A DNA stretch of 64,000 nt from the human T2T-CHM13v2.0 reference genome, Homo sapiens. The position numbers and the translations under genes were made by a program. The stretch's first letter is position 1; every line of letters begins with the position of its first letter. Below, in pieces: positions 11,852 through 25,011 of this stretch. Where the stretch lies: assembly GCF_009914755.1 (NCBI RefSeq), contig NC_060935.1; one strand, written 5' to 3'. The notes under the pieces were generated by a model. The model had not been told where the DNA came from. It did no database searches and saw nothing but the letters and a program-made list of their open reading frames with translations.

Positions 11852-14145
11852 CGATATGGTTTGGCTGTGTCCCCATCCAACTCTCATCTTGAATTCCCAT
11901 ACGTTGTGGGAGGGACCTGGTGGGAGGTAACTGAATCATGGGGGCAAATCATTCTCGTGCTGTTGTCATGATAGTCAATAAGTCTCATGAGATCTGATGG
12001 TTTTAAAAAGAGGCATTCCCCTGCACAAGCTCTCTCATTTTTTGCCTGCAACCATGCACATAACATGTGAGTTGCTCATCCTTGCCTTCCGCCATGATTG
12101 TGAGGCCTCCCCAGCCACGTGGAACTGTAAGTCCAATTTAACCTCTTTCTTTGGTAAACTGCTCAGTTTCAGGTATGTGTTTATTAGCAGTGTGAAAATG
12201 GACTAATACAGTAAACTGGTACCAGTAGAGTGGGCTGCTGCTGAAGATACCCGAAAAAGTGGAAGTGACTTTGGAACTGGGTATCAGGCAGAGGTTGGAA
12301 CAGTTTGGAGGGCTCAGAAGAAGACAGGAAAATGTGGGGAAAGTTTGGAACTCCCTAGAGACTTCTTGGAGACTTGCTGGATGGCTATGATCAAAATGCT
12401 GATAATGATATGGACATGAAATCCAGGCTGAGGTGGTCTCAGATGGAGATGAAGAATTTGTTGGGAACTGGAGCAAAAGTGACTCTTGTTATGTTTTAAC
12501 AAAGAGATTGGCGGTATTTTGTCCCTGCCCTAGAGATTTGTGAAACTTTGGAAAGAGATGATTTAGGGTATCTGGCGGAAGAAATTTCTAAGCAGCAAAC
12601 ATTCAAGAGGTGACTTGGGTGTTGTTAAAATCATTCAGCTTTATAAGGGAAGCCAAGCACAAAAGTTTGGAAAACACCTGACATTTTCCAGCCTGACAAT
12701 GCACTACAAAAGAAAATCTCATTTTCTGAGGAGAAATTCAAGCCAGCTGCAGAAATTTGCATAAGTAACGAGGAGCCAAATGTTAATCCCCAAGACAAGG
12801 GGGAAAAATGTCTCCAGGGCATGTCAGAGCAGCCCCTTCCATCATAGGCCAGAAGGTCTAGGAGGAAAATATTATTTTGTGGGCTGGGAGCAGGGTCCCT
12901 GTGCTGTGTGCAGCCTAGGGACTTGGTGCTCTTTGTCAGCACTGGCTGAAAGGGGCCAACGTAGAGCTTGGGCCGTGGCTTCAGAGGGTGCGAACCTCAA
13001 ACCTTGGCAGCTTCCACATGGTGTTGAGCTTGCAAGTGCACAGAAGTCAAGAACTGGGGTTTGGGAACCTTCGTCTAGATTTCAGAAGTGTATAGAAAAG
13101 CCTGGATGCCCAGGCAGAAGTTTGCTGTAGGGGTGGGGTCCTCATAGAGCACCTCTGCTAGGGCAGTGCAGAAGGAAAATGTGGGGTGGGATTCCCCACA
13201 CAGAGTCCCTACTGGGGCACTGCCTAGTAGAGCTGTGAGAAGACGGCCACCATCCTCCAGAACCCAGAATGGTGGATCCAATGACAGCTTGCACTGTGTG
13301 CTTGGAAAAGCTGCAGACACTCAACCCCAGCCCGTGAAAATAACCAAGAGGGAGGCGGTACCCTGCAAATCCACAGGGGTGGAGCTGCTCAGGACTATGG
13401 GAACCTACCTCTTGCATCAAGTGACCTGGATGTGAGACACAGTGTCAAAGGAGATCATTTTGGAGCTTTAAGATTTGACTGCCCCGCTGGATTCTGGACT
13501 TGCATGGGGCCTGTAGCCCTTTGTTTTGGCCAATTTCTCCCATTTGGAATGACTGTATTTACCCAATGCCTGTAACCCCATGGTATCCAGGAAGTAACTA
13601 ATTTGCTTTAGATTTTACAGACTCATAGGCAGAAGGGACTTGCCTGGTCTCGGATGAGACTCTGGACTGTGGACTTCTGAGTTAATGCTAAAATGAGTTA
13701 AGACTTTGGGGGACTGTTGGGAAGGCATGATTGGTTTTGAAATGTGAGGACACATGAGATTTGGGAGGGGCCAGGGTGAAATGATATGGTTTAGCTCCGT
13801 GTCCCCATCCAAATCTCATCTTGAATTCCCACGTGTTGTGACAAGGACCTGGTGGGAGGTAATTGAATCAGGGGGGCAAGTCTTTCCCATGCTGTTCTCA
13901 TGATAGTGAATAAGTCCCATAAGATCTGATGGTTTTAAAAAGAGGTGTTCCCCTGCACAAGCTCTCTCATTTTTTTGCCTGTCTACCACCCACGTAAGAT
14001 GTGAGGTGCTCCTCCTTGCCTTCCATCATGATTGTGAGGCTTCCTCAGTCACATGAAACTGTTAAGTCCAACTAAACCTCCTTCTTGTGTAAATTGCTCA
14101 GTCTCGGGTATATCTTTATCAGCAGCATGAAAACGTACTAATACA
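11852..14145 (+). mobile_element. Full-length THE1C MaLR element (LTR 11852-12210, internal 12211-13781, LTR 13782-14145)
   Basis: Two direct LTRs '(t)gatatggtttggctgtgtcccc...taataca' around typical THE1-internal sequence; 5-bp TSD GATGG at 11847-11851 and 14146-14150; THE1C-type 'cttgaattcccacgtgttgtg' and 'cctgcacaagctctctc'. Confidence 0.93.
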
Positions 14146-17024
14146 GATGGAGGCTGAACTAGGTTATATCCAAAATCCTTTCCAACTCTAGGATTTTTCC
14201 AACTCACACCTGCTTAAAAACTTATTAAACTTATTAAGTTTTTAAGCAGGCATCTTTTTGCCCATAGAATTAAATATATAAATGCTTTACCCTGGAACAT
14301 CTGAGGAGGAGGCCCTCTGTGATGATCTGATCCTAACCTTTTCTAAGCCTGTTCCCCTTAGCCAAACTGAAGTATTCCTACTTTCCTAAACAAGCCTGAA
14401 GTTTTTTGCTTCCTCAATACTTTGGTCATTATTTTATTTTAGAAATCCTACTACACCTATTTCAATGTGTACTATTCCTACCTTTTTGAGGTCCAAATCA
14501 CATGGATCTCTTTTACGTTTTTCTCTTTGTGCCCATAGGCTAAAATCAAACTTTTTCTGCTCTGATCCCTCTAGTACTTCTCTCAGCTGGTATTTCGGTT
14601 CCCCTCGGCCTGGTTCACACATCTTTTGTCAGCTCCTTGAGAGCATAGCCTGTGTGTGTCTCCTACCCACTTAGCACAGGGCCTTGCACAGAGAATCACT
14701 TAACAAATAATTGTTGGATAAATGTTGGGAAAGTGGATGATCCCATTTTAGCTAGGTCCTGAATTTCAGTGGCAGCCAAGGCAGAGAAGAGCACACATTG
14801 GACAAATATTATTAATAGTTTCCAGTCTTATAAAACAAGAAATACAAATTCCTGTTACAGTGAACAACTTTTTCTGGAAATCAACTCCAAGGATACAAGC
14901 CACAAAAAGATGCTACCAAGCTTGGCAGTGTAGTATGTGCACACTGTTCATTAAGGCCTAAGATGATTTTCGTTGCCAATACCGGTTTGGGCTGAGGTGC
15001 TCAACTTGATGGCTGAGGATGACTGTAAGCTCCAGGCAGTTGCATGGCACAGAGCACAATCCACAGAGCACATCCTCATAGCCACAATAGCTCCGTCTAA
15101 ATTCTGAGCCCTAGGGTGGTGGTAAGAGGCAGACTTCCTACATATATGGTGTACTTGGAAGGGATTTCCTCCTCCGACACTCCTACCCCTGGATCTGGAC
15201 TGTCTCTGCTTATTCTCTGTCCATCTGGGTCAGAGTCAAGCATGTATATGTTATATCTCCCTAACTACACCATCAATTCCTGCCTGGAAGGACCTGTATC
15301 TTATTCATTTTCCTATCTCCCTCATGCCTAGCACAAAACCTTGCTCATAGCAGATGTCAATAAATGTTCTCTGGATGGATGCTCAAATTTGGATCAAATT
15401 GACTCAAATCCCAATTAAAATCCCCAGTCAGGAAGACAAGATTTAATTTATTTTTTTCCTACAAAAAGGACAATCTTGCTGTTTAATATAACTTAATACA
15501 TTTTCTTCACAACTCTGAGACAGATGCAGGTTCTGTTTTTAGACGGCATATCTGAAATGTTGTAAAGTAGTGCTGGTTTTGATATTTTATTCTGATTAAA
15601 TTTGAGGCATATTAGAATTATAAATGATAACTGGGCTTGCTCTGAACTATTCATCATCCTACAATCCTAGGGTGTGAAAGGCCTTAGAGAACAACCAGGT
15701 GGTTGTATAGCTGAGAGAATGAAAATTTAAGAGCTGGAATTAGAACCCAGGTTGGATGGTTGACTGGTTAGGTAGAGAGTTGATTAGTTTCTTTTCCTTG
15801 TTATTTATTCAGCAAACATCACTGAGCACATACCATGTGCCAAGTTTTGTGCTGGATTCTAGGGATACAGAGCTGGCAAAGACAATCACAGCCACCAGTG
15901 AGGTTACAGACTAATAGCTACTTCCTGATTCCTTAGCCCAGCACATTTTATCCTCTTCAAAAGAGCTAGACTTTCTGTTCAGAAGAGCTTCCTGGAGAAA
16001 AGGACCAATGTCCATTGGGCAAGAAGGCCTTGCATTTACTGGATCACTACAGGTATATGGGCCAAGGGCATCCACTCAAGGTCTACTGGACTGGGCTTAC
16101 TTGAAAGCCTCATACTTTCATGCCTCCTTCATGAGAATATTTCTGAGGCTGCATCCAGACTCAGTAGAAAATGGGGATTTGATTGGTTAGTATTCAATAG
16201 AACAGCTATTTTCTTTCCATCAACTAGACTATAGCTTTAAGACCTCTATTGGTTCCTGATGCCTAAAGGATTAAGTCCAGTACCCTCAACATGCCACACA
16301 AAGACCTTCATGGTACAACCAATAATGTAACACATCAGTGCATATCTCCTAAACACACTGTCTTGTTTTCTGTTTCTTGAATATACTCCTTTCCTTAAGG
16401 ATTCTGGGCCTTTTCAAGTGTTATTCCCTTTTCTGGAATGCTCTCTTGCCTAATCCCCTTCTGAGGTGCAGTTTCTCTATGAAACTTTCCCTTACTTCCC
16501 CTATGAAAAGTAAGTCCCGTCCTTCGAAGTTCCCACCTTCCCTGGACTCTTCTTTGCCATTATACCACTCACTGAGATTCACCTATCTACAAGTTTACCT
16601 CTCCAGAGACAAGGGGAGTCCAAAAGAACAGAGCCCTATCTTATTCACCACCAGCAGAACACCAGCCACAGATAAAGTACTTGCTAAAAGACTGCTGAAT
16701 GAATGAATCATTCAGAAATAGCTCCCCTTTTCACTTCTCCAAGCTATCTTTTAGAGGTATAAGAACTAGCCGCTATCTATAGTCCCTCAAATTTATGGAG
16801 GTACATCCTGGCAGTCAGGTCTATTACCTCTGACGTCCACCCACTGCCAGGTAATACCCTTCTCTTCTTCCTTACCACACCCCACACCCCCATCCCCAAG
16901 TTTAGGAGCTGAAACTAGCTATTAATTTGATCTATACTAATTGAGTACTACAGCACTTACTATTTTGTCTAACACAGGGTCTGGCTGAGTAAGTGATAAA
17001 TAAATGAATATTTATTGAAAGCCA

Positions 17025-17757
17025 AATGAATGAGTTCCCCTAAACCTCATGTTGAAATTTGATCCCAATATTGGAGGTACAGGCCTGAAGTGTGATGTTT
17101 GGGTAAAGGGGGACAGATCCCTAACGAATAGTTGGATGCCCTCTGTGGGGAGTGAGTTGTCACTCTATTAGTTCCTGGGAGAGCTACTTGTTAAAAAGAG
17201 CCTGGCACCTCCCCTCTCTCTTGCTTCCTGTCTCACCATGTGATCTCTGCATATGTTGGCTCCCCTTTGTCTTCTGTCATGAGTGGAAGCAGCCTGAGGC
17301 CCTCACCATAAACCAAGCAGAAGCCGGCGCCATGCTTCTTATACAGCCTGCAGAACTATAAGCCAAGTAAACCTCTTTCTTTTTTTTTTTTTTTTTGAGA
17401 CAGAGTCTTGCTCTGTCGCCCAAGCTGGAGTACAGTGTGGCACTGTCTTGGCTCACAGCAACCTCTGCTTCCCGGGTTCAAGCGGTTCTCCTGCCTCAGC
17501 CTCCTGAGTATCTGGGATCACAGGTGTGTGCTGCCACCACGCCCGGCTAATTTTTGTATTTTTAATAGAGATGGGGGGGTTTCACTATGTTGGTCAGGCT
17601 GGTCTTGAACTCGTGACCTTGTGATTCACCCGCCTCGGCCTCCCAAAGTGCTGGGATTACAGGCGTGAGCCACCGTGCCTGGCCAATAAACCTCTTTTCT
17701 TTATAAATTACCCAGTCTTAGGTATTCCTTGATACAATCACCAAATAGACGAAGATA
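17025..17757 (+). mobile_element. MSTB/MSTC-type MaLR LTR interrupted by an Alu
   Basis: 'ctcatgttgaaatttgatcccaatattggagg...ctgcagaactataagcc' resumes after the Alu as 'aataaacctcttttctttataaattacccagtcttaggtattcc'. Confidence 0.8.
17380..17684 (-). mobile_element. AluS (Sg/Sc-like)
   Basis: Poly(T) followed by antisense Alu ending '...gagccaccgtgcctggcc'; TSD ~a(g/a)taaacctcttt. Confidence 0.93.
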
Positions 17758-20700
17758 GTAACCTTCAGGGCATGCACAACACTAGAAGTCAGAAGACCTG
17801 GGTGCCATATGTGGCCTCTCATGAAGCACAACATAACAACACGAAAGAGTCCAGGTAAAATGTCAAAGTAAGGGAAGCAACCTGTTTTTGCCTTAGAGAA
17901 AGCTAGGAAAGAAGAAAGCCCTGTGGCTAGAGAGGCCAGGGTAGGCTTTAGCGGTCCAGAACACAGCCCTGGGGCAAATGTCAGGGGTGCAGCATGCCAG
18001 GGAAGGATGATGTTTCCTGAACTGGCATAAAACTAAACAGGCGGTATCTGACAGAGAGACTTGAAGTGGCCTCTGGGCAGTAGGGAAGAGTGTGATAGAG
18101 AGAGCTATGGAGAGGACTTAAGCATGACCTTAGCTTCCAAATGTATTTAGTGGGGTGCAGTAGAAAGACCACTAGATTAGAAGTCAGAGGAGGAACTAGG
18201 GAAAGGAAACAAGTATTGACTGAGCACCTCCTCTATTCCAGGCTCTGTGCTGGGCAGTTTACACACATTATCTCATTCAGCCCTTATCATCACCCTCCCA
18301 GGGAGATATTAATATTCTTATTTTATAGAGAAACTGGGGCTCAGACAGGGAAAGCTACTTTAGCACTCTGAATTTCAGGATGCTTATCTGTAAAACCGAT
18401 AATAATAAAACCCCTCTCACAGGTCTAGTGTGAGAATGAAAACGAGATACGGTGTAGAGCACCTACTACCATGCCAGGTGCTTTGTAAATTCTACTCTAA
18501 TTATTAATATCAATAACTACTTATAATAACTAGCTTGCACAAGGTCATACAGCTCATGAGTGCCATTGGTGGGATGTAAATGCTGGATGGTGTTTACATT
18601 ATGTCAGGCTGCCCCTTAGAAGACCAGGATTTGAAAAACAGCCCTGCCAATAATTAGTTGGGTGACCTAAGACAAACTATTGCACCTTGCAGAGCCATGT
18701 TCTCTTAATCTGAATAAAAGGGCCAAGAACCCTGCCCTACAGAGCCCACAGGGAGGCTAGGCAGATAAAATAACTGGTAAATACAGAGCTTTATTGTGTA
18801 CACAGATGGAACCGTGATGACTATGATGGATACCCTGAACAGGGACAAATGTCTTCAAGTTGGAGTGGTTCAGGTATGCTAGATGGTGACATATGAAGCC
18901 AGAATTTTGCCTTGGGTGTCAAGGATTTTGCAGGCAGCAAGCAGCCTCTAGTTTACAATGACTATGCTTGCCCCAACAAAAACCTAGTCTGTATCCTCTT
19001 AATGCTCCCCATGAAAATAAAAACATTGTGAACCTCCTAAGACACCATCAGAGACACACTTTAGGATTTTATCCAACACATTAGAAAAATAATTCCTCAT
19101 AAAATCGGCTTTAGTAAAGAGTTGGCATGGGAAAGGGACACAGTCAGAATTCTTCCAGGGGTCAGATTGCAAGAAACATGCCACTCTCAGCACCTGAAAG
19201 GATTTCTCTGTAACGAAGACTGAGTTCTTTGGGGAAACTTAAGATGGGTGGGCTGTTTGCTGAGCTGGTGTCAGTCCTCAGGCAGAAAAAGGACAGCGTG
19301 TCCCAGCCTACCCCAGGCTGCCAGTGAGCTGACACATGCCCTGAATTTGTGTTCTGTGGAGCAATGAATGTTCTCCCTGTGCAGAGCATGCAAACTCAAG
19401 CCATGTGCACACCATCCACGCGCACATGCCACAGGGCTGCCAGCTGATCAGAGGCTCCGAAGCCTTCTCCCCACCTCACATCCTGAGGTGTTGGCTCCTG
19501 GACTTAACTCATTTGACCCTCACACACAAAACTCTGCAAGGTATTATAAACCTAATTTTATAGACTAGAAGAGGGAGGTTCAGAGAGCCACCTGCCTAAT
19601 TTACATAGCTAGAAGAGGTGGAGCTGAGATTTAGCCTAGGTCCTTCTGACTTCAAGGACACATCTGTCCTTGGCAGATTTGCCTAAGGCAGACTTACTTT
19701 TCAAGACAGAAAGCAAAGCCAAGAATCAGAGAATCTTAAAGCTGCGATTCTCAGTCCACCATGGGAAGCAGTCCCTCTGTCCCACCTGACATGTGGTCAC
19801 CTGGCCTCTGCAGGAACATCTGCCCTGACAGGGGCTCACCATCTGCTCCAGTTATAAGAAGTTCTTTGTTCCACTGACATAGAGAATGCCAGCTTCCCCT
19901 GAGTGCCTAAACTGGCATAAATATTTCATCACTCACTGCACTGTATTTTAGATACACTACAGGATATTTTAAAGGATACCAGCTCCCTTTTGTGATGGTA
20001 ATCGCGGTTCCAAATTCATGTGGCTTGTGAGTTTAGATTTTCACAAGGCAAATGTTCTTAAAGCATGTATCTATTTCACATGGGTATTCACAGATCCTAT
20101 CACATGGTGCCAGGGCTGGATGAGTCACACCTCTGCCCACCACCCCCTTCCTGCCCGCCAGTCCAGCTCTCCTCTGCTGTTCTACAGAAGGACACGAAAC
20201 CTCCTCTGACACTTCTCTCACCCTCACCTGCTAACCTGGACACAAAGAGTTGCTTTCAGGCAACAAACCAGAACACATAGCAGTGGTAAGGTGGGGTGGC
20301 TCAGAGTGCCCAGCTGAGCCCTGTTCAAAGTGGAGAACTGATGTAGTTACTGTCTAGGGAGACTGCAGAAGAGAGGCCCCCAAAGACAGATTGAAGAGTT
20401 GCAGCTGCAGAAGAAGCCCCTGACAAGCCAACCCCCTGAACTCAAGGACAGGTTCCCTTGATGAAAAGTCAGCAGCTCAGCATCCTAGAGATTTAGTATT
20501 CTCTAAAATCACAAGAACAGCAAAGCCAGATGGGTTCTGGGGCTGTCGCTTCTGAAGTACCACGGGTCCTTTCTGACTTGACATTGTGTCTACCATATAG
20601 TAGATATATATTAATAGCAAATATCTTAATAAATAAAAGCACACATGTCAAACACAAATATCTCAATCACAGATTTGGAAAAACATCTCAAACAACATGC

Positions 20701-20939
20701 ATCAATATCTAAATTGTTTCCCCTAAAGCAGCAGAGTCTCTCCCCAGACTGTTCCTGTTCCTTCTTAGGCTGAATTCTCCCTTTTCAGGATACTCTGGTA
20801 AGGAAATAGAACCACAAGGGTGGGAAGCAAACCATGAGTCCTCAGGCCAGCTACCAAACAAGGCTGACCCCCAGAGAGGCTGGATCTGGGTCACATTTCT
20901 CGGGGCATCCTAAGGCCATTGTGGCCTACCCTTGGTGGC

Positions 20940-21950
20940 CATGGGCATGGAATATCCATACCCAGATGTCTAAAAGGCACCTCTAGTGCAGTGTGTTCAA
21001 ATTCAGATCAGATCTTCCTCTCCAAACCTGTTCACCTTCTACTGTTTATTTTTAGCTTAGCGAATGGCAGGGCCATTCCCACTTATGCACCCAGAAACCT
21101 GGGGCTTATGCTTCACATCTTTCTTTTCCTCACAGCTACATTCAATCCATCATCAAGTCCTGCTAATTTTACCTGCTAAATATCTCAAACCATGTTGTCC
21201 TTCTTATCTCCACTGTTACTTCTCTCACTCTATCCAGCATGATTTCTTACTGGGACCATTGCAAAAGCTCCTTAACTGGTTTTGCCACATCCACTTTTGC
21301 ACCCTCCATCAATTCTCAAGGCCATTGTTGGAAAGATCTCTTGTAAATGTCAAATTGAGCATAATGCCCTCCCCATGAGTAACATACACATAACCACCTC
21401 TGCTTCAAATCCTTCTATGATTACTATGAGCTTAGAATAAAAAGAAAAGAAACTCTTCACATGGCCTGCAAGAACCTAATCTCCCCCTCCAGCCTTTTCT
21501 CTGTACTCAAATCATATTGACCTTCTCACTTCTTTGAAAGCGCTAAGCTGCCTCTCACCATGGGGGCCATATTTGTCCATATGCCTAGAAAGCTTTCTCT
21601 CCACCCTACCCACTCCTTTCATCTAATTATAACTCCTAGTGATCCTTCAGATCTCAGCTCAGATGTCAATTCCTCAGCAAAGCTATCCTTGATCATGTGA
21701 AGTAAGTGAGGACCCCTATCATACATTCTCATAGTACCTTGTCCCTTTCTTTCGTAGCATTTATCCTAGTCTGTAATTTTGCATGACTGGTGCAATTTTT
21801 TTTTTTTAACAGTGTCTGAGTCCTTCCATAAGACTTAAGCTCCTTGAGGGTGAGGGATCATGTCTGTTTTATCATCATAGTATCTCCAGCTTTTAGCATA
21901 AGGCCTGAAACATAGTAGATAGTCAATAAAAATCTGCTGAATGAATAATA
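20940..21950. mobile_element. Long L2 LINE fragment
   Basis: Continuous L2 3' region motifs 'cattcaatccatcatcaagtcctgctaattttacc', 'atccttcagatctcagctcagatgtc' and 'cctgaaacatagtagatagtcaataaaaatctgctgaatgaat'. Confidence 0.75.
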
Positions 21951-22499
21951 CACCGCAGCTATTCACTGAGTTTATTCCAAGCAATCATAACAGGTCCCTT
22001 TCTAATAGTATTTCTGAGGTTCTCTTGAGTCTGGATTAGACTAACAGAAACTGTTGATATTTTTGCCACCTCTCCTTATCTCTCTGGTATCCACTACAGT
22101 GAAACACCTTCTATAGATGAAGACACCACAGCATTGCCATCATTACCACAGTTACATTTATTGAGGATTTACTTACCATGCATTAGGCGTGGTACCAAGA
22201 CCATGCATCCGGTATTCAGTTAATCCTTTCAGTACTATGAGGTATACATTACTAGCCCTTTTTTGCTAATAAGAAACAGAAACTCAGAGAGGATTTGCTA
22301 AAATATGGTGGGGCCAGGATTTGAACCTTGGTCAAACTTGAAAGTCTACAGTCTTAATCATAACCTACTGCCCTATAAAATGAGCTAATAATAACCACTC
22401 ATAGTGATGTCAAAGGACTGAAGCACAGTAGGCACTCAGTAAAGGGTGGCTGTTATTTCTGTGGTGCTGGAGGCATTGTGGGGAGTGATAAGCACTTAC

Positions 22500-22540
22500 C
22501 ATTTTGCCCAGAAGAGAACTAATCTGGCTGCCTTCTAGGA
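22500..22540 (-). other. Candidate spliced exon (41 nt)
   Basis: Minus strand: ...gctgtttcag|TCCTAGAAGG...GGCAAAATG|gtaagtgc; consensus donor, moderate acceptor. Confidence 0.3.
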
Positions 22541-23932
22541 CTGAAACAGCTGGACTTGGTTTGAAAGAGAGACTTTTATGAAAAGCAGCATGCTGTGGCA
22601 GTTCCAACACAGAGTGTGTGAAGAGAGGAGCTGATATGCTAACGAAACCAACGCACAGATTTTTAGCCCTGAGAACCAACCATATGAAATGAACTTGAGT
22701 TTCTCACAGCAAGCCCAGACATCAAGCCTGCATAAGGATCCCCAACCTATAATAGTTCCTTGAATTTCTTTTGTTACTTGTCTATCTCCTGTAGCTCACA
22801 GAAACAGAGAGAACAGGCCACACTTAAAGTCAGGAGATTCTAAGTCTGAATTCTGATATGCCCAGGGTTGAGCAAGTGGGGATCCACCAAGATGCCTGGG
22901 CCTCAGTGAGAACCTCAGTGTCACAGGAAGCCAGGAGATGACAATGAACTATATTGTCATCCTCTGCGGCCTGGCTTGGGGTTGATCTATTCTTCTGAGT
23001 CTTCCTCCCTCCTTTTACTGTCACTCATCACTGGGCATGTAAAGGAAGAAAAGAAGCTGAGATACTTGAGTTCCTACTATATGTCAAGCACTCTGCATCC
23101 ATATTTTCATGTAGTAAGTCAATCCTAACAACAATCTCAAGCAACAGGTGCCATTCTCCTTATTTTACAATCAAGGAAACTGTAGTTTAAAGAGATTAAA
23201 TGACTTAGGAGAAATCACTACACAGTAAGAGAAAGAGTTGAGATTCAAATCCAGTTTTCTTAGATTCCAAAGTCTGTGGTCTTTCCACTTACTGTTCTGA
23301 AGAAATCTATAATGACTGAGGATGCAGGAAACATTAAGGACATTACTTGGATGTGTATAGGTGGTATAAAGCCATGAGAGCCCATTCATTCCCTCCTTCC
23401 CTTCATTGCACCCACTGTTCACTGAGCACTACCAGTGTGTCAGACATTGCACTGGAGGACGGGGATAAAGAGATGGGTAAGATACAGCCCCTCCTCCTCA
23501 GAGGTTCACAGTCTAGTGAGAGGAGCACTCTAGGGAAAAAAGGAAAAGAGAACAATGGGAAACTGAGCAAGAGAGAAAGAAGGCAAAGGATCCTAAAACA
23601 TCAGAACCAGAGGGGTTCAGGGAAGACAACTACTCAAAACCTGGCTACATCACCTGGAATTAATTACCTGGAGGACTATCAGAACTAAAAATTTCTAAGC
23701 ACCCAATTCCCAAATCTATTGATCTGGAAGTGGGCCCAGGAATGTATATGTTTAATAATTATCCCAAGTGATTTGATAGAATAGTCCAGGTGACTAAAAC
23801 CACTGATCCAGACCTTTCACTTTATAGATATGAGAACAGAGGGGCAGAAAGGGCAAGTGACTAGCTCAAGGACACACAGGAATCAATACTTCAGACTCAG
23901 GTATCCAATTCACAGTCAAATGACCTTTAGTC

Positions 23933-24622
23933 ATTTTTTAAAAATTAGAATAATTTTATTTTTATACATTATATACATATTTATACATTCACATGACATT
24001 TTATGTACATGGATTAGGTAGTTCTTGACAATGTTATATGTTTACTGAAAAATGACTTTTTATAAAAATAAAGCTTGGAAAATAACAAATCAATTTAGAA
24101 GACTAAAATTATCCATGGATACACAGAACAGATATAGGTTTTCATAATTAAGAACAGTATTTTCACCCTCTCGTACCTCTGACCACCTCTTTCCTAGGCA
24201 GTCAGTATAGGGCAGAAAATTATAAATTAATCAAGGATAGTGCTTCAAGGTACTGGTTCCCAGACTGTGATGGACATAAAGAAAGAGCAATAGACAAACA
24301 AGCATTTTAGTATTTGCCAAAGCCTTGCGTCTTCCTCCACCCAGAATGGAGATGTCCTGCCCACTGAAAAAATGATGGGCCTCCTGTTGCCAGCTTCTCT
24401 GCAGTGATCTCAATCCCTTTGCCTCACAAGAGCATCAGAAAGGTCCCCTGCCCTTCCAGCTTTAGATTCCTTTCATTGGCTACATGTAGAAGACAGACAT
24501 GGGCCAGGGGTATAGAGAGGCTCTACGCCAGAGGTGTCCAATCTTTTGGCGTCCCTGGGCCACACTGGAAGAAGAATTGGGCCACACAAAAAGTACACTA
24601 ACAACAGCTAATGAGCTTAAAA

Positions 24623-24654
<32 letters not shown>

Positions 24655-25011
24655 CAGAACAAAAAACCCCTGTTTTAAGAAAGTTTACAAATTTGTGTTG
24701 GGCTGCATTCAAAGCTGTCCTGGGCCACATGCAGCTCGCTGCCCGTGGGTTAGCAAGGCTGCTCTAAGACAATGAGTGTAGGTAGGCCCTTCTATAGGTC
24801 CTCTGAGTTCATGGAGCAACTTCTCAGCAGCCATCTCCACCAGGTTCCCTTCTTCTGTTGTTTCACTGTGGTTTGCCTCTGTAACTGCTTGTTCGAGAAC
24901 TCTGTCAGCAAACTCTACATGCTCTGCTTCAACTTCTTCATGTCCATTTTTTTTTATAGCCTTAGCATAACAAAGTTAAATTTGATTTACCTTTGGGGGC
25001 TCAGCTATCAA
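23933..25011 (-). pseudogene. NCAPH (retrocopy): Processed pseudogene of condensin I kleisin subunit NCAPH (C-terminal coding part plus 3' UTR), disrupted by stops, frameshifts and a MER30 insertion
   Basis: Minus-strand translation [47 protein letters not shown]...AAEKLL.../SLSIPLAHVCLLHVANERNLKLEG/DLSDALVRQRD* matches the recalled NCAPH C-terminus ([36 protein letters not shown]...[37 protein letters not shown]). Stop at 24410-24412; no introns; AATAAA at 23955-23960 followed by a short A remnant. Confidence 0.9.
24529..24761 (+). mobile_element. MER30 hAT-Charlie DNA transposon inserted in the NCAPH retrocopy
   Basis: 'cagaggtgtccaatcttttggcgtccctgggccacactggaagaagaatt...tttaagaaagtttacaaatttgtgttgggctgcattcaaagctgtcctgggccacatgcagc...'; degenerate 8-bp TSD ctctacgc/ctctaaga. 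Confidence 0.9.

Noticed and set aside
11884-13812. Cluster of overlapping 60-116 aa ORFs (and the 159-174 aa ORFs at 47134-47795)
   Set aside because: THE1C LTR/internal sequence; degenerate MaLR ORF remnants, not host genes
19162-19193. Possible terminal exon for the micro-exon chain (ctttcag|GTGCTGAG..., giving CAESGMFLAI* in phase 1)
   Set aside because: Weak polypyrimidine tract and wrong phase to follow the 41-nt exon; too speculative
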